Shown here: positions 9,955 through 18,776 of the stretch, in pieces | Layout of the letters: each line of letters begins with the position of its first letter | Numbering within the stretch: position 1 is the first letter of the stretch | From: Pseudomonadota bacterium | GTDB lineage: Bacteria; Bdellovibrionota; Bdellovibrionia; Bdellovibrionales; Bdellovibrionaceae | Length of the DNA: 64,000 nucleotides | Reading direction: 5' to 3' | NCBI GenBank assembly: GCA_041178425.1 | Contig: JBEGVH010000030.1 | Coordinates: 160,001-224,000 of the forward strand | Notes under the pieces: model-generated | Seen by the model: only the letters and a program-made list of their open reading frames with translations | Told to the model about the DNA's origin: nothing | Databases searched by the model: none | Position numbers and translations under genes: made by a program

Positions 9955-11271
9955 TTAATAGCCCTGGAAGTCGACTTCTACCGACCCATCCATATGAAGG
10001 CGCGTGACACAATCTCGCCCCCAAGTACCATCGTGATGGGAATGAAAATTCCAAAAAGAAACAGAAGGAGACAAAATTCCCTCATTGGAAGCCAACTCAA
10101 TGGCTTGTTGAGTTTTTACCAGCGAAGGACTTTCGATGGGACTATCACTCCCAAAACTCAGGGGAATCCCTGCTTCAATGAGATTACGCCAGGGAAAACA
10201 AAATTTATAAAGCTCACCAAGTTTTGATTTCAACCAACGTTGATCAGACAGAAAATGAGACGGCTGAAGGTGACAACGAACATTGAGTTGCTTCATTAGT
10301 TGAATAGTCTCTGGCCTGACCACTTCACAATGCTCGAGATGAAGTTCGCCTTCAATGCCACGACTCTTCAATTGAACCGCCAAGGTCACAATTTTATGAA
10401 CGGCTTCATCACCGAGAGTATGGATCGCCACCGGGAATTTCTCTGCCCAACAACGAATAAGAATTTCTTCAATCATCGGTGGATCATAGATTAAGATGCC
10501 TTGCTTTCCGCTGGGATATGGGTGACTCAATAGGGCACCTTCCGAACCAAGAGCCCCATCGAAAAAGACCTTCAATCCGGCCTGCCGCAATTGTCTGGAA
10601 GATTGAAGTCGAGCCGTTTTTATTTCTTGAATTCGGGCTAAAAGCAGATCCATCGAATCCAGGTTAAAAAACATCTCGCAAAAAAGCTTGAGATGACCCT
10701 TTTGCTCTAAGTTTCTCGCCAAATCCCAATGCTGTAGACAGCCCCCCACATCTCTAATGTGAGTGAACCCACTGAGATTGAAGACTACCATGCCTTCGAC
10801 TAAAAAGCGAGTGAGGTCAGCTGGGTAGAGCGGGGGAAAATGGCGTTCTACGATTTCTTTTGCCGCATCGATTAGAATTCCCTTAGGTTTGCCTTGGTCA
10901 TCGCGCTCAATTCGCCCACCCACAAACTGATCGGGCGTGGCAGTGAATGGAAGTCCCGCCAATGACATCGCACGACTGTTAACCCAGAGCGCGTGGCCAT
11001 CAATTCGACTGAAGGCAACTGGGTGATTGGGAAAAAGCTCATCGAGCAAGGAAAGATGTGGTTGTTCATAGGCTGGCCAGAGGCTTTCATCCCAACCAAA
11101 GCCAATATACCACTGCCCTCGATTGGGTTTCAAATTTGAAACCCTCTCTCTAAATTCCTGAATAGACGTTATTCCCGTGAGATTGATTAGATTGAGAACT
11201 TCTCCCGTGCTCATCCAATGCACATGCGAATCATAGCAACGAGGAATCGTAACCTGCGGAAGACTATACAC
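9955..11271 (-). CDS. Amidohydrolase family 3 (YtcJ-like) metallohydrolase
   Basis: DSHVH, RIDGHALWVNS, KVFFDGALGS, AIHTLGD, LEH, FGSDSPIE. Confidence 0.85.
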   Translation of the reverse strand: MYSLPQVTIPRCYDSHVHWMSTGEVLNLINLTGITSIQEFRERVSNLKPNRGQWYIGFGWDESLWPAYEQPHLSLLDELFPNHPVAFSRIDGHALWVNSRAMSLAGLPFTATPDQFVGGRIERDDQGKPKGILIDAAKEIVERHFPPLYPADLTRFLVEGMVVFNLSGFTHIRDVGGCLQHWDLARNLEQKGHLKLFCEMFFNLDSMDLLLARIQEIKTARLQSSRQLRQAGLKVFFDGALGSEGALLSHPYPSGKQGILIYDPPMIEEILIRCWAEKFPVAIHTLGDEAVHKIVTLAVQLKSRGIEGELHLEHCEVVRPETIQLMKQLNVRCHLQPSHFLSDQRWLKSKLGELYKFCFPWRNLIEAGIPLSFGSDSPIESPSLVKTQQAIELASNEGILSPSVSFWNFHSHHDGTWGRDCVTRLHMDGSVEVDFQGY

Positions 11272-11277
11272 TCGAAT

Positions 11278-13224
11278 TTACCGAACAGGTGGATTGCCGT
11301 AGGTGTTTCCGTTGAAACCTGGAGCAGGATTCATGGTTGCCGGAGGTGGATAGGCACCCATGCCCATACCGCCCATTCCCATGCCCATACCCATTCCCAT
11401 GCCCATACCCATTCCGCCGCCAGGGTATGGCATTGGTTGCATTGGCATCATCAAATCAACTCCTAGACCAACACCCGTTTGCGCTTGTTGGAGCCTAAAA
11501 AGAAGCCCGTAAAGCTCTTGTTGTAAGCCAGCAACCACTCTTTGACGTGCAAACATATTTTCTTGAGTTCGACGTTGTGTTTCCATGAAAGCTTGCATTT
11601 GCATCATCTGCATTTGCATCATTTGTTGTTGCATCTGGAAGGCCCCAAGTCCGCCATCGATTGCGCCCATCATCGGCATCATTCCCATTCCACCAGCCAT
11701 CGGCATCATACCCATACCACCGGCCATCGGCATCATACCCATACCACCGGCCATCGGCATCATACCCATTCCACCGGCCATCGGCATCATACCCATACCA
11801 CCAGCCATCGGCATCATACCCATACCACCGGCCATCGGCATCATACCCATTCCCATGGGCATCATTCCTATGGCGCCAACCATACCACCAATCATTGGAT
11901 ATCCCATTGCGCCAGCCATGGGCATCATACCCATACCGCCAGCCATCGGCATCATTCCCATACCGCCAGCCATCGGCATCATACCCATACCGCCAGCCAT
12001 CGGCATCATTCCCATACCGCCAGCCATCGGCATCATACCCATACCGCCAGCCATCGGCATCATACCCATTCCCATGGGCATCATTCCCATCGCTCCCATC
12101 ATGGCGCCACCGAAAGCGCCCATCATTGGATAGCCGCCAGGCATATACATTCCACCACCAGGAAATCCAGGATACATACCCATTGGGTAACCCATGAGGC
12201 CACCCGGACCATACATGCCACCCATGCCACCGTTACAGCCGAACCCGCCGACCATTCCACCGGTGATAGCACCATAAAGCCCCATTGATCCGAGCATCAT
12301 ACCCATAGGCCAACCAAAACCCATGGCAGGGTTAGTGGGAAATCCCAACTGTGCATTCACATTGGTTGCGTTCTTCATTCCCATGTAACCGGCGTATGCA
12401 CCGAGTGCCCCGGCTGCGATTCCACCGAGAACTTGTAAACCCGAAGGACGCGGTGGGCCCATTGCTACTGCCCCTCGTCCCATGGCACACTCAGGACAAC
12501 CGCCTTCGAGTGATTCTTTTTGTGCTTCACGTAGGGCCCTGCTGGCCTCTCTTTTCACAGTTCGTTTTTGTTCATTGAGCGAATCGAGTTGTGCTTCGAT
12601 AGACTGAAGCTCGGCTTCCTTTTGTTCTTTCTGACGAATACGCTGTTGGAGTCCACTGATGCCCATGCGGCATTTTGAACTTCCACCTCGGACGGTGTGC
12701 TTATCACAGAGATTAACACTGACGTTTCCATTCATTTTTCTATCGCAGTAAGAATACCAGTCTTGATCTCCAAATGGCTCATAGCTTTCGCTGCCCTCGG
12801 TGTCTCCACCCTGATCATAATCAATTGTCGGATTTTTATCGGAGCTATGTTGAACCACTCCCGATGAGTTAGTCCAAAAGTTTCTGTACATTCCGCAACT
12901 ACGATATCCCTCAATGTGATTAATGATGATTTGAGCCTTGGCACCATCAAGAGCAAAAATAAGTCCATCGCGATCTCGCTGTGCAGATCTTTCGAGCTCT
13001 CGAATGTCGCTCTTGAGATCTTTTTGTCTCTCTTTTAAGTCTTTGATTTCAGTTTCGATATCTCGAAGTAAATCCGACTCATCAACGGACCCGTTTGCGA
13101 CGCCAGAATTATAGGGACATTGCTGAGACAACCCATAAGCTCCCATACCCCACTGTGCATGGCTCACTGAGCTCCAAGTAAAGTGACTAACAAGCAAAAA
13201 AAATGCGAGAGATAATAACCTCAT
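11278..13224 (-). CDS. Secreted Met/Gly-rich tandem-repeat protein with coiled coils and a Cys-rich region
   Basis: Signal peptide (SHA|Q); 648-aa open frame; GGAG SD; DNA repeat variation falls at synonymous positions in this frame. Confidence 0.85.
   Translation of the reverse strand: MRLLSLAFFLLVSHFTWSSVSHAQWGMGAYGLSQQCPYNSGVANGSVDESDLLRDIETEIKDLKERQKDLKSDIRELERSAQRDRDGLIFALDGAKAQIIINHIEGYRSCGMYRNFWTNSSGVVQHSSDKNPTIDYDQGGDTEGSESYEPFGDQDWYSYCDRKMNGNVSVNLCDKHTVRGGSSKCRMGISGLQQRIRQKEQKEAELQSIEAQLDSLNEQKRTVKREASRALREAQKESLEGGCPECAMGRGAVAMGPPRPSGLQVLGGIAAGALGAYAGYMGMKNATNVNAQLGFPTNPAMGFGWPMGMMLGSMGLYGAITGGMVGGFGCNGGMGGMYGPGGLMGYPMGMYPGFPGGGMYMPGGYPMMGAFGGAMMGAMGMMPMGMGMMPMAGGMGMMPMAGGMGMMPMAGGMGMMPMAGGMGMMPMAGGMGMMPMAGAMGYPMIGGMVGAIGMMPMGMGMMPMAGGMGMMPMAGGMGMMPMAGGMGMMPMAGGMGMMPMAGGMGMMPMAGGMGMMPMMGAIDGGLGAFQMQQQMMQMQMMQMQAFMETQRRTQENMFARQRVVAGLQQELYGLLFRLQQAQTGVGLGVDLMMPMQPMPYPGGGMGMGMGMGMGMGMGGMGMGAYPPPATMNPAPGFNGNTYGNPPVR
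11668..12090 (-). repeat. Two blocks of 27-bp tandem repeats encoding MGMMPMAGG (6 + 5 exact copies, plus variants)
   Basis: Repeated gccatcggcatcat(a/t)cccat unit on the + strand. Confidence 0.95.
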
Positions 13225-13245
13225 AAGTACTCCAACTTATGATTA

Positions 13246-13273
13246 TTGTCGGATATTGAGACTCTAAACTTAA
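13246..13273 (-). promoter_or_regulatory. Putative sigma28 (FliA) promoter of the Met-rich gene
   Basis: TTAAG-N15-TCCGACAA; spacer 1 nt longer than enteric TAAAG-N14-GCCGATAA. Confidence 0.5.
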
Positions 13274-13413
13274 CATCTTTCGGCGAGATCCTAGACCATA
13301 GTCGATCGAAAACAGAACTTTTCTGATGAGGCCAGTTGTTCTAGGTTCATTTTATCCCTAGACTTACATAGAGCACCGATTTTAATCCAGCACCGAACCT
13401 GGCAGGAGGCCGG

Positions 13414-14532
13414 ATGAGAAAACAAACACTACTTGTGGTTGATGATGAAGCTGACAATCTTGATGCCCTCGAGCGAATATTTCGCAAACGCTACCATTTT
13501 CTGAGAGCTAATTCGGCGGCTGAGGCTCTCGAAATTACAACTAAAGAGCCAGAAATCGATGTGATCATCACTGATCAGCGAATGCCCATGATGACAGGAG
13601 TAGAATTCTTAGAGAAGACTCTCTCGACTCACCCAAAAACAGTTCGAATTTTACTCACTGGATTTACAGAAATCGAGTCCATCATTGCCGCCGTTAACCA
13701 AGGACATATTTTTCGTTATATCACCAAGCCTTGGGATACTGCAGATTTAATGAATAGTGTCGACCAAGCCATGGAACATTACTCTCGAGGCTTCCAACTA
13801 GAACTTAAAAACCGCGAACTGGAGAATGCTCTCGAAGAATTAAAGCTTTTAGATCAAGCTAAAAACAAATTCATGATTCTTATAAACCATGAGTTAAAAA
13901 CGCCGCTGACGGTGATTAGCAGTTTTCTCAGCTTGTTAATGGAAACAAAGATTGATAGCGAGCAAAGTACCTATCTCGATCGAATCAAAAAAAGTACAAA
14001 TCGCCTACAAGAGATTATCGATGACACTCTCATCCTTACCCAGTACACAGCCGGCAAACTCTTAGTTCAAAAACAGCCCGTGAATCTTGAATCAATCGTT
14101 AATTCTTGTCTCAGTGAAGTCCAGGAAGACGCCGAAAAGAAGTCGATCACTTTCAATTTTAAACCGCCAATCTCTACCCAACAATTCAATCTTGATTTTG
14201 CCTTAATTAAGCGAGCCTTGAGACACCTCGTGAATAACGCCCTCCGGTTTTCTCCCCCTGGCTCTGAAATTAACCTTGAGATTGATTTGGGAAACACCAG
14301 CGCTAAGCTGATGATTGAAAATGAAGGCAACCCTATTCCTCAATACGTTATCGACAAGCTCGACACTCCCTTTAACCTGCAATCGGAGATCATGAATCAC
14401 AGCAAGGGTCTTGGACTGGGACTCAGCGTTTCCGATGCCATTATCCGTGAACATGGAAGCCGGCTCGAGATCGCTCACCGAACTCTTCCGAACGAGAAAT
14501 CGGTTGTCCGAATTTCGTTCGCCATCTCTTAA
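13414..14532 (+). CDS. Hybrid receiver-domain / histidine kinase
   Basis: LVVDDE, ITDQRMP, YITKPW; H-box INHELKTPL; N-box NNALRF; GLGLGL. Confidence 0.93.
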   Translation: MRKQTLLVVDDEADNLDALERIFRKRYHFLRANSAAEALEITTKEPEIDVIITDQRMPMMTGVEFLEKTLSTHPKTVRILLTGFTEIESIIAAVNQGHIFRYITKPWDTADLMNSVDQAMEHYSRGFQLELKNRELENALEELKLLDQAKNKFMILINHELKTPLTVISSFLSLLMETKIDSEQSTYLDRIKKSTNRLQEIIDDTLILTQYTAGKLLVQKQPVNLESIVNSCLSEVQEDAEKKSITFNFKPPISTQQFNLDFALIKRALRHLVNNALRFSPPGSEINLEIDLGNTSAKLMIENEGNPIPQYVIDKLDTPFNLQSEIMNHSKGLGLGLSVSDAIIREHGSRLEIAHRTLPNEKSVVRISFAIS

Positions 14533-14549
14533 TTACCCTATTTAGCGAT

Positions 14550-14565
14550 TGGTCTCCCAGTTGCT
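14550..14565 (+). promoter_or_regulatory. Putative sigma54 -24/-12 promoter of the secretin gene
   Basis: TGGTCTCCCAGTTGCT, with correct GG-N10-GC spacing. Confidence 0.45.
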
Positions 14566-14574
14566 ATAGAGGGC

Positions 14575-15843
14575 ATGGCATTTAAACAAAGTTATATAAC
14601 CTTTATCTTTTTATTTTTTCAATTATCAGCTTTCGGCAATTGGAAACCACCACAAATCCTCGTCGTCGAACAGAACAAATTCGTAGAGGTCAGTGTTAAC
14701 AAAAATGATTCCATCACCATTGAGGCCAAGGGAATAGCCTCCCTCAGGGATCTCGGAAATCAGCTGCTTATTTATGGAAAGAAACAAGGAGAGACGCTTT
14801 TGCGCATTGGCAAAAAGCCCTACCATCTCATTGTTACGGACTCGATTGGCCACCTTTCTTATCTGAGGCTCTTAACGGTCATAGACAACCTTCCCACGCT
14901 AAGTCTCGATTATCGAGATCATTTTTTTCGCATCCATGGACGACTAAATGAGGCTTCTACTTGGTTGACCCTAGCAAAACTAAACCTAGAGCGCTTTGTT
15001 CTTGAAGCCAATGTTACCGATAAAGATCTTCGACTTATTGAGCAAAGGCTCAATGATCATCTGGATCGATCAGGATTTCCTCGAGTTAAACTCACCATGG
15101 AGCCCTTTCCAACAGCGCGACTTCCGAAATTAGCAATAGCGAATTCACAGATGGTGACCCTACTTCATCATTACGGGCTGAACATTAAAGTAGACGAACA
15201 ACGCCTTTTACCAAAAGAGCTTATCCGCGTTCAGGTAACGCTTCTAGAAATGCGACGGTCTTATTCAGAAAAACTGGGGCTGGATTGGCCCTCCCAATTA
15301 ACGGCTCAAATTCTTCCACAAAAACTCATTCCAGATAGCCCACTAGGCACGCTAACCTTCGATTGGATTGCACAAAAAGGCCATGGAAAAATTTTAGCGG
15401 CGCCAGTCCTTGTGACTAGCAGTGGAAGTGAAGCTGACTTCTTTGCTGGAGGCGAGTTTCCAGTCAAAACAAAAACCAAGCAAACTCAAACGGTGCAATG
15501 GAAGAAATATGGCATCAGTTTAAAAATAAAACCAAAAGCAGATCCCGATGGCAAACTAAGCATCGATCTCAAAAGTGAAATCTCAACCATCGATCCCGGA
15601 GAGAAAGTCGATGGGATTCCCTCACTCTTCACCAACTCAATGAATTCTCACTTTGACCTCGAGCAGGCGCAATCCATTGCCCTTTCCGGGCTGATTAAAA
15701 AAGTGGGCGGCGAAACGCTCAAGCTTTGGCCCGGTCTCGGAGAAATTCCTATTTTTGGCGAACTTTTTCGAAGTACCGAATATCAACAAGACCTCACAGA
15801 ACTTCTGGTTCTCGTCACTCCAAGCATTATGAGAGGAGAATAG
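14575..15843 (+). CDS. RcpA/CpaC-like secretin (second Tad set)
   Basis: KILAAPVLVTSSGSEADFFAGGEFP, WKKYGISLKIKP, PGLGEIPIFGELFRS, ELLVLVTP. Confidence 0.88.
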   Translation: MAFKQSYITFIFLFFQLSAFGNWKPPQILVVEQNKFVEVSVNKNDSITIEAKGIASLRDLGNQLLIYGKKQGETLLRIGKKPYHLIVTDSIGHLSYLRLLTVIDNLPTLSLDYRDHFFRIHGRLNEASTWLTLAKLNLERFVLEANVTDKDLRLIEQRLNDHLDRSGFPRVKLTMEPFPTARLPKLAIANSQMVTLLHHYGLNIKVDEQRLLPKELIRVQVTLLEMRRSYSEKLGLDWPSQLTAQILPQKLIPDSPLGTLTFDWIAQKGHGKILAAPVLVTSSGSEADFFAGGEFPVKTKTKQTQTVQWKKYGISLKIKPKADPDGKLSIDLKSEISTIDPGEKVDGIPSLFTNSMNSHFDLEQAQSIALSGLIKKVGGETLKLWPGLGEIPIFGELFRSTEYQQDLTELLVLVTPSIMRGE

Positions 15844-15846
15844 TCT

Positions 15847-16965
15847 GTGTATACAGAGCTCACGGATATTTGTTGCAAAATAAACGACAAATTAGGATCG
15901 ATCACACTGAGTGAAAATTATTTTCACTTTCGTGGCACTGAACCAATCGGACTCGAAGCTCTAGAAAAGGTGATCTTTGATCAAATCGCCCTTGCTCCCG
16001 ATTCGCTACAAAAGCGATTAAAAGAGGAGTATTTCGGCCTTGGCCCCTTAAAAGAAATTCTTGAAAACCCCTCTGTCACCGAAATTATTATTAATTGTTT
16101 CGATTCTCTCTGGATTGAAAAAGATGGCCGATTGAGTGAGTTCAATGACAGTTTTTTATCTCTCCAGACTTACAAACTTTTTCTTCAACGTCTCTATTTA
16201 CAAATCGGTTTGGAGCCCACCCTCACTCACCCGTTCGTTGATGGTCAATGGAATGGGCACAGACTTCACATTATTGGCTCCTACTCGCATGAGAGCAAGC
16301 CCGTGCGAATCGCGATCAGAAAACATAAGTTATCCTCTTGGACACTTGCAGAGCTCCTCAAAAGCTCATGGGCTTCCGAACCAGCGATCGCTTTACTGAA
16401 AACGTTGGTCCTAACAAAAAAGAATTTCCTTGTGATTGGTGCCACGGGATCTGGAAAAACAAGCGTCTTAAATGCGCTCATGAATGAGATTCCAGATAAT
16501 GAACGTGTTATCGTCATCGAAGACAGCGAAGAACTCAAATTGCCAAATCGATCGAGCAGCCAATTACTCACCCGCTATGATCAAAGACAAGTGTTACCCA
16601 CTGTTTCTCTCACGGATCTCGTGCGCCAGAGCCTACGTATGCGTCCTGATCGATTAGTGATCGGTGAAGTTAGGGGCGGAGAAGCTAAGGATCTACTGCT
16701 GGCATTGGCGACCGGACACGAGGGAAGTGCAAGCACTCTTCATGCCTCCGATGGCAGACAAGCCCTCATTCGCTTAGAAATGCTCATTCAAATGGGAGCA
16801 CCCCAATGGAACCTGCATGCCATTCGGCGCCTTATTCAAATGAGTCTAGAGTACCTAATTATTTGCCACAAAAACACCAACGGCCATCGCCAGCTCGAGG
16901 GAATCTATCAAATCGTTTCCCTCGAGGAATCAGGCTTAATCGTTGAAAGAGTCTATCATGGATGA
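15847..16965 (+). CDS. cpaF: TadA/CpaF family ATPase (second Tad set)
   Basis: GLGPL...VTEIIIN, Walker A GATGSGKT, IEDSEEL, LRMRPDRLVIGEVRG, TGHEGSASTLHA. Confidence 0.92.
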   Translation: MYTELTDICCKINDKLGSITLSENYFHFRGTEPIGLEALEKVIFDQIALAPDSLQKRLKEEYFGLGPLKEILENPSVTEIIINCFDSLWIEKDGRLSEFNDSFLSLQTYKLFLQRLYLQIGLEPTLTHPFVDGQWNGHRLHIIGSYSHESKPVRIAIRKHKLSSWTLAELLKSSWASEPAIALLKTLVLTKKNFLVIGATGSGKTSVLNALMNEIPDNERVIVIEDSEELKLPNRSSSQLLTRYDQRQVLPTVSLTDLVRQSLRMRPDRLVIGEVRGGEAKDLLLALATGHEGSASTLHASDGRQALIRLEMLIQMGAPQWNLHAIRRLIQMSLEYLIICHKNTNGHRQLEGIYQIVSLEESGLIVERVYHG

Positions 16966-17292
16966 ATAATCACTTTTTTCAACCGGATAAAGGTCTGTAG
17001 AAACTGTCATTGTTTCTTCGGGCTCGCTTGCTCTTGGAGCCTGATTAACAAAGAAATTTCGAGTCATTTCCTCTACCATTTTGGCATTTTTAGCTTCTTT
17101 AGGATTTCTATAGGTCGATTTCAGGTCTTGAACACCGATATTTTTGACGGTACTCAAGGTGACTCGATCTCGAATCTCAGAAGATCCTTCCGATCTTCCA
17201 AAAGCGGGTGCACCTGGTCTTACGGGTCGAAGCGCTTCTTTTTCTGCCCTAATCCTTGGGCTTTCAGGGAGTATTCCACTGATCTTTTCCAT
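16936..17292 (-). CDS. Hypothetical protein, probably sigma28-dependent
   Basis: AGGAGG SD; sigma28-like promoter upstream; contains DRVTLS. Confidence 0.75.
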   Translation of the reverse strand: MEKISGILPESPRIRAEKEALRPVRPGAPAFGRSEGSSEIRDRVTLSTVKNIGVQDLKSTYRNPKEAKNAKMVEEMTRNFFVNQAPRASEPEETMTVSTDLYPVEKSDYSSMIDSFND

Positions 17293-17318
17293 GTTGCACC
17301 TCCTGTGCGACTATTCTC

Positions 17319-17345
17319 TTATCGGAGGCCTCTTAAAAAACTTGA
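17319..17345 (-). promoter_or_regulatory. Sigma28 (FliA) promoter
   Basis: TCAAGTTT-N11-TCCGATAA, close to TAAAGTTT-N11-GCCGATAA. Confidence 0.75.
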
Positions 17346-17365
17346 GAAAATTGTAAAAATATTTT

Positions 17366-18745
17366 TCAGTTCAATGATCCCATGAAGCCAATCATTGAGC
17401 GAACCGTCTTGCACCAGCCATCTTTGCTGACGCTTTCATTTTCTGAGTGGGCCAAAGTCAAGGGATCAGCAACTCCTAATAGTAAAGCTGGTGCGCCACC
17501 GAGCGCATCTGAAAAAGTTTGTACAAAAGGAATCGAAGCACCGCATCCGATCTTCACTGCTTCTTTACCCCAACCTTTGGCAAGAGCCCCTTGCATTTTT
17601 GCAAACATGGGATGATCAGTCTTCGTACGCCACCAATTGCCAGCGCTTAAAGATTTGATTTCTACCTTTAGTCCAAAGGGAACGTGTTTCTCTAAGTGAC
17701 TTTTGATAAGCTCGAAGGCCCTTGCTCCATCAATATCAGGAACAGTTCTCAAGCCCACCTTTGCCCAGGCATGCTCTACTATAATATTACCCGCTTGAGC
17801 TCGCGAAGACGCCTGAATCGCATTCACTCCCAATGTCGGCTTAAACCACATTCGTTCGCGCACTTCGTTCTCGGCCCCTAATAGTGGAACATCAGAAAGC
17901 AGTCCAGCTTCTGAGCGAAACTTCGCCTTATCGAAGGGTAAACTCTGAAGACGTTTTTGATCCTCTTGCTCCATAGGACGAACCATTTCCATAATGCCAG
18001 GAACCTGAATATTTCCGTGCTCATCGATTAAGGTACCTAACATTTTTGCAAGACCAAGAGCTGCATCGGGAAGAGGGCCTCCCCATAAACCTGAGTGAAC
18101 TGGTTGCTTGAGTGCACTTACTTGCACAGAAGCTGCGACAAGTCCGCGAAGAGAGATGGTCAAACCAGGCGTTTCAACATCGAAGTTTTCAGCGTCGACA
18201 ATGACGATGGCATCGGCTTGAATTTTTTGTTTGTATTGTTCGATAAATTCATCAAGACAAGATGAACCGTCTTCCTCTTCACCCTCGACAAGGACCTTGA
18301 TGTTTACAGGAAGTCGCCCCACTGCTTTAAGCCAACTATCAATAGCCGCAAGTTCAGCCACCAACCCGCCTTTGTCGTCGGCACTGCCTCGACCAAAAAG
18401 TCGGCCATCCCTTTCTGTTAATTCAAAGGGAGGGCTCAACCACTTTTCAGCCGTTCCAATCGGCTGAACATCATAGTGTGAGTAAAGAAGTATCGTTGGT
18501 GCACCGGGCGCATTTAACCACTCACCATACACGTAGGGTCGCTGATTCTCTTCAATAGAAATAGTTTGAACATTTTCGAGCCCAGCTTCTCGAAGCAAAT
18601 CATGAACGCACTGTCCACACTGAGCCACAAAAGAGTAATCAAAACCTGGCAAACTAATGCTCGGGATGGCAACAAGCTCCTTAAGCCAACCAAAGTACTT
18701 TTGTTGATTAGCCTGAAAATACTCATATACTTTTTCTGCGCTCAT
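17366..18745 (-). CDS. M20 family dipeptidase
   Basis: YSHYDVQP, GRGSADDKG, EGEEEDGS, HSGLWGG, AHSENE. Confidence 0.92.
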   Translation of the reverse strand: MSAEKVYEYFQANQQKYFGWLKELVAIPSISLPGFDYSFVAQCGQCVHDLLREAGLENVQTISIEENQRPYVYGEWLNAPGAPTILLYSHYDVQPIGTAEKWLSPPFELTERDGRLFGRGSADDKGGLVAELAAIDSWLKAVGRLPVNIKVLVEGEEEDGSSCLDEFIEQYKQKIQADAIVIVDAENFDVETPGLTISLRGLVAASVQVSALKQPVHSGLWGGPLPDAALGLAKMLGTLIDEHGNIQVPGIMEMVRPMEQEDQKRLQSLPFDKAKFRSEAGLLSDVPLLGAENEVRERMWFKPTLGVNAIQASSRAQAGNIIVEHAWAKVGLRTVPDIDGARAFELIKSHLEKHVPFGLKVEIKSLSAGNWWRTKTDHPMFAKMQGALAKGWGKEAVKIGCGASIPFVQTFSDALGGAPALLLGVADPLTLAHSENESVSKDGWCKTVRSMIGFMGSLN

Positions 18746-18776
18746 CGACCATCCCTTATGGTTTGAAAATTAAAAT

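Noticed and set aside
11668..12090. 27-bp repeats as a CRISPR array
   Set aside because: Units are contiguous with no unique spacers, are in-frame coding, and no cas genes are present.
11542..12288. His-rich, Ile/Pro-rich and Ser/Tyr-rich + strand ORFs
   Set aside because: Antisense shadows of the ATG/GGN repeats; variation is synonymous only in the minus-strand frame, which also has the signal peptide and SD.
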